From positions 1,084,477 to 1,148,476 of the forward strand of contig OZ287699.1 in the NCBI GenBank assembly GCA_965649825.1: a DNA stretch of 64,000 bases, given 5' to 3'. Each line of letters starts with the position of its first letter. Position 1 is the first letter of the stretch. Origin of the DNA: Penicillus capitatus. Lineage: Eukaryota > Plantae > Chlorophyta. Below are positions 23,404 to 36,463 of this stretch, in pieces. A program made the position numbers and the translations under genes. The notes under the pieces are model-generated. The model ran no database searches, had not been told where the DNA came from, and saw nothing but the letters and a program-made list of their open reading frames with translations.

Positions 23404-24416
23404 ATGGAGAAGGAATTGGCAAAGTTAGTTTGTTCGTCACCCTTCTCAATAGGAGAGGTTATGCTGAAAGGACTATCTACCGGAACTCGAGACACGTCTG
23501 GTACTTTCAGGACATCATGGCGTACCTTGTCAGTATTCTTTTCCTTCCGATTTTCTTCCGCAACTTCGAGCTCGAGAACGATTCATGGCACGTGATGTTG
23601 ATCGTTTTGGAAACAATGCTCATCGGGCCACTCCAGATACACTTCTGTTTCACGGACAGGTTCGCCACGCACACTTGAGGAGAATGCCTATCGAGGGGAT
23701 TTATGCAGAGCGACGTCGAGACGCCATCGATCTGTGCTAATAGCTTCCGTACGAATGGCGATGGCTTTCTTTATCGCACTATTGTCTATCAACAGTGAAG
23801 TTCAGAGACCCACACTCTCTGTCGTTCTTATGACACTCTTGTTCAAATCACCGGTCACACATCTGATGTTCACAGCACTCCATCGCCGACTTGAATTCCG
23901 ATGCCATATTCTCATCCATGCTACGATGCTCTTGTTTTCGGCACTGTACTGGATTCCGCCTTTCTGTCGAAACTGTTCCAAAGACTCAGCCGTTCGAGAG
24001 ATATTCCAACAAGTACTATCCCTATTGCAAAGTGTGCGTGCTCATGATGGAATTCTCTCTAGATTGGCTGCGGAATCGATTTGATGTTTTCCGTTGTGCT
24101 CCCTAATGAAATGCCGGCTGTGCGAGTTTATCCGTGTTGGATGATATCATCTCTAGTTTTCATCGTTTTAGGTTTGATTGTGCCATCGTTGTTAGTCTTT
24201 GTCACCGAGATTTTAGCTCGAAGGGCCTTTCTCCTATCCACACTGTCGCACAGATTTCATCGCGACATCTTTTATTTTTCAAATGAGGCAATAAAGATTA
24301 CCCTCTTGGCTTCTTTGTCAGGCATTTCGGCATCCTGGCTCTGTTTGCTGATTGCAAGGGACTCATTTCACGCACAGACGTCGACTTTCACCTCATGTCA
24401 GCAAATTGACCACTGA
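23404..24416 (+). pseudogene. Unnamed multi-TM family, copy 5, with an apparent frameshift in exon 1
   Basis: The SPFSI motif (~23440) is in a different frame from the ERTIYR..W.FQD that follows. Exons 2 and 3 are intact (RRLEFRCH, PFCRNC, IGCGID, YPCWM, EILARRAFL). Confidence 0.6.
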
Positions 24417-25544
24417 ATCAAGTGCTGGGAATGCACAGTGCGCATTCCGGGGGTATATCTGTGAGAGTATCTGACAATGAAAAGCTATCTATCGTCTGTG
24501 CACTGCATCAACCTTTGCTGATAGATGTCGGTAGCCTCTGTTGGCCCTGCATGGTCGAGAACGATTGGTTTGTATGGTGTCACTGTTTGCGCGATCTCTT
24601 ATTCTGAGCAAGTTTTTCATAATGGTGTGTGCTGTTTTTCTTCAAAAATATGATCTCGGACGATGCGACTAGATTCGTGAGAATGTTTACAGCAGTCAAT
24701 GCCACTGAAGTCTTTGATGGGAAGCATCATGTCAAGACCATGATGGTCTGTACAATGTAAGAAACTGCGTGTGTGGTCATTTGAGAAATGGATCTCGAAA
24801 ATTACCGCCAGGATTTGGAAGAAAGACTCGAGTGAGTGAGTGATCCTTTTCGAGTTGACTGTCGTCGAGAATCTATTCAGACATCGCGAGTTGGACATTT
24901 TGGGCATCATCTAAAGCATAATCAACAAACCTGAACCGTTATGCATTAGGTCGGAGGCGTCAAGAACGGCATGAGATAATCTTAGATTCCGTTCCAATAG
25001 AACCTTGAACGAAAGCGACTCGTAAATTTCTGTCGGTCGGTCCTTACATCGCTCAATCTATTTCAGAAGTCGTCTGTGCACTGGTTACTTCATCCTGTCT
25101 CTGCTCGTGCGAAACGTTGACGCGTCCTCTTCAGAGAGTCGTACTCATGGCTTTCGGTCTTCACTTACGGAAACCGATTCAGGTCGCTATCGAAGTCTAT
25201 GATCGTCACGCGGCTCCGTTTCGAAATCAAACAGAGAACATAGGCGTCGTTTTGCGGTCGAGAAATCAGTTAACCGATGGGTCGGCACTAGCGGGGGTGC
25301 CGTCCAACAGGTAACCACTTCCCAAGTCAACTATTGGCGCAGAAGTTGCAACACAATCAGCGCGTAGAGAGTGCTGAGCTTTGTGCTCACTACCGTTCTT
25401 TTCAAGGCCGCGGTATTTCGATGAAGGCGCCCGCTTCACGAATAGGTCCTTCCTAACCGTCCTGCCCCTTCTGAACCCCGTCTTTGCCTGTACATTAGCT
25501 TGTACCTTTGACGGGCGTATTACTTTGCGACACGAAAGGTTTTT

Positions 25545-26584
25545 ATGTGTTGTTCAAAACCAGCCTGTCACCGAATCATTTTCGATGACGAACCCAAACC
25601 GGACAGCGACGCGGAGAATCCAACGCGCCTCTCGTTTTGGAAACCATTCTCTTTGAAGTTCGAAAAGGACATTACGGAAGAGACTTTTCATTACCGCACG
25701 AGTCAAACTTGGCAAATACGCGACCTCATAGCTTGCTGTCTCACTATCCTGCATATCCGCGCTTCCCTCCTCGAGATTGCACCGAAGATTCAAGCGTGGT
25801 ATACAATCGTTATACTCTCCATACTCTCCTGTTTTGCATCGCTTCATATCTGGGTGAACTGCAAGCGCAGGTATGTACAACACAATCTGTGATGCGCTTT
25901 CTCACTGAGATGTTGTTCAGAGACAAGTATGGACGCAATTTCTTCTGGTTGATAAGCTTCATAGGAGTCGGCATGTCTTGTTCTTTCATGGCTTCGTCTA
26001 GGTCCTCTGAAGCTCCTTACCCGACATATTCTGCTCTTTTTGTCGCCTACATTATAAAATCTCCTGCTATTTCTCTTTTCTTTATGGCGCTCAGTCTCCG
26101 CTTGGAGTTTAGATATCACTTTCCCGTTCAAACCATAGCCGTCCTCCTGGGAAGCGTCTGGATTCCACCCTTCTGTCAAAAGTGCTCAGCCCGTCCAGAT
26201 GTCATGAACATGTTTCAGCAAGTACGTTCAGCAAAAAATGCAAAATCAATTGCTCCATCGAATGTCACTTAGATTGGCCATGGGATTGATTGGCTCTTTT
26301 CTTTCTTGTTTTTCAGAGAAGAGCCACATCGCGTGGTCTATCCCTGTTGGATGATGACTAGTGTCGTGATTGCCGTCACGGGTTTCATCATCCCATGCTT
26401 CTTGGTTTTCATCGCAGAGGTATCTGCACGTTCAGTTTTTCTGCAGTCCAGAATGTCACACCGATTCCACTCTGGCATTCTCCAATATACGAAAGAAGCA
26501 ATGAGAGTGGGTATTTTAGCATTCGTCTCGGCTATTCTGGCAGTATGGGTGTGTTTCTCTGTGACGAGAGACCTCTTGTACTGA
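25545..26584 (+). CDS. Unnamed multi-TM family protein, copy 6
   Basis: MCCSKP..FWKPFSLKF, LRLEFRYH, PFCQKC, YPCWMM, EVSARSVFL; three exons. Confidence 0.8.
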
Positions 26585-27623
26585 TACGCGTCACAGTCTG
26601 ACGCAGTTACCTGAACCAAGAGCTGGCGTCGTGGATAATAATGGAGTCGACTCTGCGTGATATCAGGAATTACCTTGAAACTCCAACGATCCAATCGAAG
26701 TCTCTTTAGTAGTTACTAGGTCTGGGATAAATCTACAAAAGATGTATGTATGATTGACAGCAAACATTAGTGGAATGCGGCTTTGCAGGGTAGTTGTATG
26801 GTTTCCTTGTCGAAGATTTAGTACATTCTCGTTATTCTTCAATTTCATTGGAAGGGTGGGCGAAACAAAATGTCATCTGTCAAGGAATGAAGTTTTACTA
26901 ATGGTATGATACTCGATTCACTACGAATGATGAATTGATCCGGGTTTTGCCCCACGAAGCTCTGCAGCTGCTCGTTAGCGCCATCTGATTTTACGGGTTA
27001 GACACTGAAGCACATAGAGTAGGGTAACAACTGTTTAAACAACACATCCAGAGCGTTTCCCTTTTTCAGTCATAATCAGACCTACATCACGGTTCCATAG
27101 CTGGATGGTATTTTAGCAGCTGTAGACGGACTTGTGGAGCAATGATCTTATCTATAGTCTATAATAATAATTCATAAACCAGTGTATCAAAATCCAAAGG
27201 ATGACGCGTTTGTTACAAACACATCGGCACAATCGCTCGAAGAGAAGGTCGAAAGAAGTAAGAATGTTTTTTCGCAGCGATCTAGACTATCCGTCTGAGG
27301 ATCCTGGTTTGCTCATGTCTTTCATCAACCATCTTCTCGGCGTCTGGATTTCGTCATCGCTGCTTCGCATCGAGGGCGAGATTATGAAAAGAGTCGAATC
27401 GCGAAGAGCAGGACGTCAGAGAGCAGACATATGTTCCTGGCAGACATTGACGAACTCTTTCTCCTTCAGACGAGAGAATCTGATGATCGAAATGCTGTTG
27501 TACGACAAAGCAGATGTGTAGCGGCTCACATCATTGTCGCCCAGGAGTTCGATTTATCTCCTTCGACTTCGATCCATTTCGACAGTCATTCGTTTGCTTC
27601 TCAGCACATGCCGTCAACTGACG

Positions 27624-28665
27624 ATGCATTCCCAGAAACTGAAGAGCGATTGTGCGCTTTTTGACAAGGAATTTGTGCCAGACGTAGACAGTGAGCTTCA
27701 GGAAGATTTGGGCTTCTGGAAACCGTTCTCGTTGAGATTCGAAAGAGACGTAGTTGAGAATGCGTTCTACCGTAGCGTCAGCGATTCGTGGCACGTTCAA
27801 GACACCGTGGCGCACAGTCTCAGCATCCTATTCGTACCTGCGTTCTTTAGAGCGCTGGGACCGGACATTCCTTGGTGGCACGTTTTCATCATTATCTTTA
27901 TATCGCTCTTCTTCGCACCGCTGCAGCTCTACACTTACTTCACCGACAGGCCCGTATTCTCGTCATTCATTTAATACCCACTTTTAGGTGTTTCGCATGT
28001 AGACGACGGTATGAGAGGTATCGCTGGCTGTCTACAATATTCACACGATTGGGTTCGTATTATGCTCTTTCTTACTTCTGCAGTTATTTCAAAGCTCCAA
28101 GTCCGACGTATTTTATGCTTATGCTGGCCCTCATGGTAAAATCTCCACTTGTCCATCTGGTCATCATGTCAGTCCATCACCGCTTGGAATTCAGATATCA
28201 CGTTCCAGTCCAGATCGCAGCGTTCTTACTTGGAGCTACATGGATACCGCCATTCTGCCGCAGCTGCGCGGCCCAACCAGCAATTCTCACAAAATTCGAA
28301 GAAGTGCGCTTGCTCCTCACTGAACACGCTTCTGCTCATTAAATGCATTACAGATGGGGCATGCCATCGATTGGTCAATTTCTTATGCCGTTTTGAACAG
28401 ACCGCCAGATCCGGAGATTTATCCGTGTTGGATGGTGACCGCTTTCATTTTCACAGTTACTGGCATGATCATACCGACTGCATTGATTTTCATCACCGAG
28501 GCAGCGACACGCAAGACATTTCTGGAGAACAGAGTGTCACCGTTGTTACACCGAGAGGTTTACAAATACACCAATGAAGCAATAAACGTTGCCAATCTGG
28601 CTGCCATTACAGCTGTGATGGGCACGTGGTTTTTGGTGTCCGCGTTGCGAGATTACGTTCACTGA
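27624..28665 (+). CDS. Unnamed multi-TM family protein, copy 7
   Basis: FWKPFSLRF, HRLEFRYH, PFCRSC, MGHAIDW, YPCWM, EAATRKTFL; three exons. Confidence 0.8.
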
Positions 28666-31600
28666 CGTATCTCACCAGAGCTCGCTGAGCAGCGATCTTT
28701 GACTCTCATTAAACGCGCAAGTAGAGAGCACATTCCATGGCAAATGATGCAGATGCAACGCCTTCCTCTAACTGACTCAAACTGTCTTTTTGTTTCTTTG
28801 ACTTCAAACCAAACTCGTTCTCGAGGATTAGCAGCTTTGGAGATTTCTCCTGGATCCTTAATGCTGCTTTCCTCTACGGACTTTTACTGTAGCAACATTC
28901 GCTGTCGCTTAGTGTACGGGTGGATCGACGCTGTTTTCTGGAATACTGTGGAACTCTGTTGATAGATCTTGGCAACTGCACATGGATGAAGTGATGGACG
29001 ATTACAATTATTATATATTTGTCCTGCATGAAAACCAAACCACTGTGAATAGGGTAATGAAACTGTTGGGTTGTGAACCAAAACAGGTAGGGCAATTCTC
29101 AGTCCCTCCACCGAACTCTTACTATTGTCTGCCTGACGCCCACTAGTTACTGGCCAACTTGTCGCTGTTTCGCAAAGATGACATGTATGTGCACGCGAGT
29201 ATCACTTCGACAGATCGGTTTTTTGCGTGCTACCATAAATACACGAAATTTCGTGTTTAAGCATCCCTAGTCATGCTTTGTAGTCTCTGTGGAGTCCTGA
29301 CACGGCTATCCAAACAGTCCTGTCACCGTTCTGATGATCAAGTGATAGTTTTCATGGGGGTGAAGCCTTTTCCTACAAACTCCGAATTGCAAGTCAACTG
29401 CGTATCGTTACTGGCTTGATTTCTCGGCGGAAAACTTTGCTCGGAAAAGCACTAGGCACTTTTGTGGCCAGTTGAGATACAGTTGAATGTTAAGAATTTT
29501 CCAGGTGTCTCATCTCGAACCATGGATCGAAGGAAAAGCATAGATGTTCTTATTTGAATAAGAGAAACTGCAAGGCACCATAAACGCAATCATTTTTGAG
29601 GAAAGGAGATGGCTCCCATAAAATGCGGCAACTTCAAAAGCAAAGGTGGAACTCGGAGATAATAAAGAAGAAAGAACTTCTCAATACTGGAAACGTTCCA
29701 CCGAAAATGCCAGAGGCTGTAGATTCTGAGTCTGCTAAATTCTACAATTTTTGCGAACCATAAGCTGACATTACCTTCAAAACTATTGGACATGGGTGAC
29801 ACGTATCTGCGGATAACACCAGCCGAAATCGTAGAAACTATGTTTTTGTTTGACCGAAGCCGGCCTTTTTCCTAATGTTAACTCCACAAGCACAAGTTTC
29901 CTCTCTGAGTTTTAGTCCAGCTCCTAAGTCTGGTTTTTCTCACCTGTATAATGAATAAAACAACTCATCAAGTGTGCGCGGAATAGACATCATAGAGTCC
30001 AGAGTCTACACCCGTTTTTGCCATGAGCGGACGATCTGTAACTCGATCTAGCTTAATGCGCGTCGTCGTGTCTGTCCATGACGTTTTATCACATGGATGA
30101 CGAAAACAAGCACTAGCTTAAGCACGGACAATTGAATCTAACGTGTGTTGGACGAAAGGATCGCCAAAGGGTACGTTAAGCGCGAAAGATGATGCTTCGG
30201 AGTTTATTTGTTGATAGACTCGCAAAGACCATCCCACCTGGTGAAGTAAAATTCTACTGCCTCAGCCGTCGCGATCAGGAGGACTAACATAATCTCACCT
30301 TCTTCTAAGAACAGATTCTCTTCGTCAACAGCAGAAGCACCGTTAACGTGTTCATATTGGCAAGAATCATTACTTGACAACCCTCTTGAGCTTCAGTAGT
30401 TGCGATTAGCCTATCATATACGGTGTGGATAGTGTTACTCGACATTCCCCAAAACAACACTCTAAATAAACCGTCCCACAGGTCCGGCTTGGATGAGCTG
30501 CATCAGTAGTTCCATGACCTTTTGTCTAAAAGAAAGCCGTTCTTTCAGGATGAATTGTCTCTATATTTAATAGATCGTGCCGAGCGTATATCATCCAAAT
30601 TATGATGTTTCGTAATCACACAGTTGTCTCCGACTTGTCCGGCAAGGTATGCAAGTCAAGCAGCTTTTCCGCATGCCTCCACACTAATTTCAGAATGAGA
30701 GGGTTTTGCTATAGTATTCTAATCCAAAGAGTGTCCGGGAAAACGTTTCGCTGACAATATTGTGTAAAACTTCCTCGAATCATCAGATACCTCTTTCCTG
30801 TTTGGGAGACAGTTGCAGCAAATAGCTCAGAGGCGACAAGAATCTGCATTGAAATAAAGTCCAATGACTCGAAGAAGAAAATCTAAACACGAGCCGGTCT
30901 TTTCTACAGTCCTATTCAACCGAGTACTCCAAGTCGTTGACTTTAGGATGATGATTGTCGCAATGACACAAGAGTTATGAAAAATTCTTATGGCGACGTT
31001 CGAAGGCTGTGAGGATTGAATACATGATATCTTGAAAATGAAGTCCACTCGAACGTTCCGATTTGTCACCTACTTGCTTAATGACTATCATTGTCGCCGG
31101 TCAGCCGGACGAAAAGATAACATCGGAAGGCTTCTGTTACAAGTGCTCGGAGCAAGATCCTGAATGGTTCGAACTGTCCATTATGTACTCGCATGATGAC
31201 GTGACAGTCTAGGAAGCTGAGTCATTAAAGTCTTAGAACGAGAGAATTGCGTCCCCTGACGCAGTTGAACTCCATTTCAGAAGACAGGAGCGTCCCTTGA
31301 CATAGATGACCCCCTCATCACAGGACAATCACATCACCCAGAACAACTCTTGGCGACAGTCATTGCTTTTGGGTGTCACATCGTGTTCTCCTAGGGACTG
31401 CCTCGTCTTCCCGGGGTCCTGTCTTCCAAGGGGCACTCGCACGGGGTTCGCGGCTTCTTAGTTGTGTTTTCCTCTGGCTCTGAGAGCCCGCCTGCTCACT
31501 TATCTAGGGAAGTCTTTTCACATGTAGCCTATGAACCGGCGAACGAGAATCTTAGAACACTTCTACTCTGTGAGCTTGAAAGTCTTCTGTTGTATGATTT

Positions 31601-33309
31601 TAGAAGCACGGCGCAACCGGCGCGACACAGTTTGTATGTCGAATCATTAAGAATTGCATTTGTATGTTCGAAGGCATTTGTCGAAAAGATCTGGTTGTCA
31701 CATTGTGACTGTCTAGATTTCCCAGGGTTCTGTCTCCGAAGAGGCGCTTATACGACGTGTCATGTCACCTGTGACATACAAAGACATGAGCGTAAACACG
31801 TGTATACCTTTTGCTCTGTAATCAGTGGAGCCTTCCTCTGACAGCATTCCCGTCACATTGTGAGAAATTCGTATGCGTCTTGACATAAGTTCATCCTAAG
31901 ATTCAACAAGATTTCACAGCACTAGCGTGAAATGACATGAAACCTGAATAGATGCGAGATAGGAGAACTAACGAGAGTGTTTTGATTGTGTGAGATTTCA
32001 TCTGTTCTCTGTCGGCGCTCCGAAAAGATAAGCAGAGACGTTTCTGGCGACGGTTGAGGGCTGTCAGCGCGAAGACGCAGGATCTGATGGAACTTGGAAA
32101 CGTATGCTTTTGAAGTGGATGGCCTGAATAGGTAGGTATTCTGGGTTTGAATCGAGATGATGAGGCCTGTGAGCATATAATCTGCCGAACGATCGAGACG
32201 AGTTCATCATTATTGTTAAATTATCGGTTACGTTCTGGCCGCTCGTTTTGCGCGCGTCTGAAGCTCGCGATGAAACGGCTTCCGCCAACAGCGTCTGTTT
32301 AAAGGGCTTTCGAGTAGTCGTGTCAGTGGTTGCTGCTGATATGTGCGCGTCAATAAAACGTCGTTGTCAATCGCGAACACGTAGACACTGGCTAGTTTCT
32401 GTAAAGAATGGCGAAATTCCACGTTTTCCGAGATCGCAGCGATGCCGGTATCGACGGCAAAACTGGCCTGCCGGATGTAGACGACACCGATATCTCAGTA
32501 GAAACCTCGAGGCGATGCAAAATGAAGGAATTCTGGCGATGGTGGTCAGAGGACGAGAAAACGAGTACAACGTGACAGTCAGTCAGCATCACGTGTGGAC
32601 CTTCCCGCGCTTGAAACTGCGATAATAGGTGTTATACGAGGAAGAATTAAACTATTTAGCAAACTACAAAGATTCTCGGCAGATTTGCGCCTGGTGTGGA
32701 ACCGTCACTTGTTCTTAAGGGAACATGAATTCCGCAAATAATGAATAACTTTACTCACGATATAATCCTGCAGGTACCTATTTTGACATCATCCTGTTAA
32801 AGCGTTTACCTTTCGAGCCTTTGTAGAAACTCCGTGCCTCGATTACGGCAAACATTGTCGCTGGCCAGGCCGCATGGCGAGAACGAACAAAAAAGACTTG
32901 CAACTGTGTCTGGGGCAAGGTCTTGTTTAACTCAAAAACGCATTTTATATCCTCATGATGACACGACTTCCTAAGCAGTCAAGTCAACATATCCCTAAAA
33001 CCAGAGAAAAGGTGTCTCTTTGATGCCATGAGACATCTATCCGGGGCAGCAACGAGGTACAATATCGACGACAAAAAAGGCCGACAAAGATCTTGAACAC
33101 CTGCTATATCTCAGTTAACATTCCACAGCCAGGAGCTGTAACTCATAACTTACACACACCGAGAGTGTCGCCGAATAGTATAATAACATCGAGGCCGCAA
33201 CAGAAGAAAGACCGATGAACATTAAAACAAGAGCATCTGCACTTTGTTTTATAGACTAACGTCACATCCATCGACAGTGATGTTTTTCTTTTTTTGAGTT
33301 AGCACGAGA

Positions 33310-35290
33310 TTAAGAAATGATCACTGTTTCCATTGCATCGTAGAAAACTGCATCATCATCCGACTCGCTCTCTGTGCCCATCTCCACGGAACTGTCGTCC
33401 TGCATCGACGAATGCGTCTCTGCGACAGGCTGGTCCTCCTCCTCTGCCGGGAGCAGCGGACAGAAGTTCTTGGAGTTCATGAGCTCCGAGTACGAGGACA
33501 TCAGGTGAGGCGTCGACCGATCGAATTCTCCGACGAGCTGCTGGAGGTGAAACGGCATCGCCGAGCGGCAGGCGCCGACCAAAGCAGCGACCTCTCCGTC
33601 GCCCTCCGTCTCTTCGTCCACGGAGTCGCCGCTTTCGACGGCCTCCTCCTCGGCGGCGGCACGCCTCCTGCCGTCGACCTCGCCCGAGGCGGTGACGGAA
33701 GTGCCCCCGAGTCCCTCGCCGAGCTGTCGCCACAGGTCCTGCAGAACAGAAGGCCGCGTCACGGCGGGAGGAGAGGGTGGCGGGGTGCCTGGTGCGTCGA
33801 CTGCCGCATCGTCTCGGCGCTCAGGAGGTAGAGCGCCTTGGCGGTTTCCGGTCTGGACTGCCTGAAGAAGTAGAGCGCCAGGTACAGGCTGCACTCGGGA
33901 TCGTCCCTCTTCGCTCCGGCCCAGTCGACGAAGACCGCCTCCTCCATTCCCGTCAGGTCCTGCATCACCAGATCCTCCAGCAGCGAGTTCCCCAGGCACT
34001 GGTCGTAGAGGTGGTGCAGCAGCAGCATCCCGTCGGTCGTCGCGTGCAGCTTCCGGAGCGTCTTCCGCACCACCATCAGCCCGGCGGGGACGTCGCGCGA
34101 CACCAGGCAGAACAGCACGCCCTGGCGGGCGACGGAGACGGGGCACGAGTGGGCGTCGAGGTAGGCGGACAGGTGCCGGACGAACATGCTCCTGACGTCG
34201 GCGCCGCATCCCAGCGTCACGAGCTTCATCATCGTGTCGAACGGCAGCATCGCGCCGAGCTCGTGGACGGAGTCCCTCAGCGACTGGGCGGCGAACTGTA
34301 TCACGCCGTCCGTCCCGAAGTCGTTCTCCAGGAGACAGAGGTCCACCGCGAAGACGCCCTGCCACAGCCTGGCCCTCGGACGGTCGACGCCGAACCGCTC
34401 GGCCAGGAACTCCAGGGAGTCGACCCGGCCGGAGTGCATCAGGTAGAACGCCAGCATGGCGAGCTTGCAGTGCCTCAGCCGCGTGCTGCCGAGGTCGTCC
34501 TTGTTCAGGAACACGATCTCCATCATCCTGTTCTCGTCCCGAAAGGGGTAGTGCTCCAGCCACATGGGAGGCAGGTCCTGGGAGCAGAGGTACGCGTCCG
34601 GAGTCAGCGAGGCCATCCGCTCTCGCCTGGGCGCGGGGGACGCACCGAGACGGCACAGCCAGCACGCCACGAGCGCCGCCAGCCTGACGCCCTCGGTCGT
34701 CTTCAGGAGCCGCCGGGCCACGACGGACCTCTTCCGTCGGCGCTCCGGATCCCCCTCTCGGCGGTCCAGACAGCGGCCGAGCACGCCCTTCACGCTCTCG
34801 CACTTCCGAGGGAGGCGCGACAGAGCGTCCCGCCTGCCCTCCAGGATCTGAATCTCCGCATCGCCGTGGAACTTCTGACACCAGTCCAGAACGACGTGCG
34901 TGCTGTGCAGGTAGGCGTCGGGGCCGAAGGGCAGGAGATCCGGCGAGAAGCAGACATCTACGCAGCCACAGCGCGTCGTTGTCGCGGAGCCCGGCCGGCC
35001 GGCATAGCGGGACCTTCCACGTAGCGGTGCAGGAACTCGACGTGCTCCGTCTCCAGGGCCGCGTCGAAGATCGCCCAGAGCTTCTCGTTCTCCTTCTGCG
35101 GGGCGCGTGAGAGGGTGGAGGGAGAGGCGTCGGGAACCTGCGTTTCGGCGGCTGCCCTCTCGGACAGGAGGGCCGCGTAGCAGGCGTTCAGGGACTCGCG
35201 CTGGCCTTCCAGGAGGGAGCACGGAGACAGGCCGGCGAAGACGTCGCCTCTCGGACGCGCCGGGGACGAGCTCTCGCAGACGGTCTGCAT
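33310..35290 (-). CDS. HOS1/ELYS-like protein, right-arm copy
   Basis: Near-identical to 17669-19646 (one E>K change, a D-I>G-T change near the end, several synonymous changes). It ends ETVIIS* outside the repeat. Confidence 0.65.
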
Positions 35291-35406
35291 GACGCGCCGG
35301 GACTTACAGAAACGTCAGCGGTGCCTTCAAGACAACGTCCGACGGCGCGCGCACCGTCTCGCGAAAGCGACGTCGGTCGGCGTTCGCACCTGCCCTCGAC
35401 GGCGCC

Positions 35407-36249
35407 TCACGGACTGCCCTTCCAGCCCTGCCTCCTCGCCACGCCCTCCGTCGCCGTGGACTGGCTCATCGAAGGAGCGAGGGACTGGGCCGTGCGCGCC
35501 TCGGAGGCGGGCACCGTCGGGTAGCTGAGGCAGAGAGAGCAGCGGATTAGGGACGGCGAGGCCGGGCACGCTCACCTGGCGAGCACGGCGTTGACGACGT
35601 CCGTCCCCGTCTTCATCTTCTCCCACTCCTGCTGGCTCTCGAACTTCCTCTTCGCCTCCTCGGACCTGCAAACGCGCCGCCGTCATCCGACCCTCTTCCC
35701 GAAGAGGCGTCCGTCTCTCACTCCTTTGAGGGGGCCGTGCGCGGATCGAACGCCTTGGAGAAGCTCCGGAAGCTCTTCTCCAGCAGAAACTGGCACCTCT
35801 TGGCCCTTCACGACGAACACCGAGATGTCGATCTCCATCCGAGGGCCGTCCCAACTTTGCCCGGATGGCCGAGTGGAGGTCCGGCGCCTGGTAGACCGTC
35901 CCGGAGAGGATGTAGTAGTAGGCCAGAGGCGTTGTCTCCTGGCTCTCGCTCCTGTGCTGCTTCTCGATGACGAAGAGGTCCGGCTCGGACGCCGCCGCCA
36001 GCACGTACTCCACGCCGGGGGCGAGCGTGCTGCGGGAACAGAGCCTTCGGCACGGGGAGGACGCGGGCGGACGCACTGCAGCTCGGAGAACGGGAGGTCG
36101 AGCGTCTTGATCGTCTCGTTGTTGCACTGCGGATCGTAGAACGTCGACAGCGAGAAGTAGTCGCGCAGGGCGGTCTCCGCCGTCAGCGCCGTCTGGGAGA
36201 GCCACACGTCGTCTCTCCAGAACGTCGTCTGCAGCTCCGTCTCCGACAT
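35407..36249 (-). CDS. MED6: Mediator subunit 6, right-arm copy
   Basis: Mirror of 16710-17552. The only difference I noted lies in a predicted intron. Confidence 0.9.
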
Positions 36250-36463
36250 ACGGGCAGCGCGCGGAATGCAGCGACGGGACGGTCGATCGGTTCGGGCCGG
36301 TCACGGCGGAAGGCGAATCGATTTCGATCTGCCGGCGAGCCTGTCGGTCCACGACAGCCGCGAAATGCCTCTCGGCGTCAACGGTGACCGGCGAAATGCG
36401 CGAGCGGATCAGATGGACGAACATTTCGCTTAACGCGCGGGATAGAAGCGCTTGTTCGCGGCG

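Noticed and set aside
26927-26988. Possible C/D box snoRNA (ATGATGA...CTGA)
   Set aside because: No terminal stem, only about 9 nt of possible rRNA complementarity, and such boxes arise by chance.
31200-31470. GC-richer patch with short hairpins, considered as RNase P/MRP or an snRNA
   Set aside because: The conserved boxes of those RNAs could not be matched convincingly.
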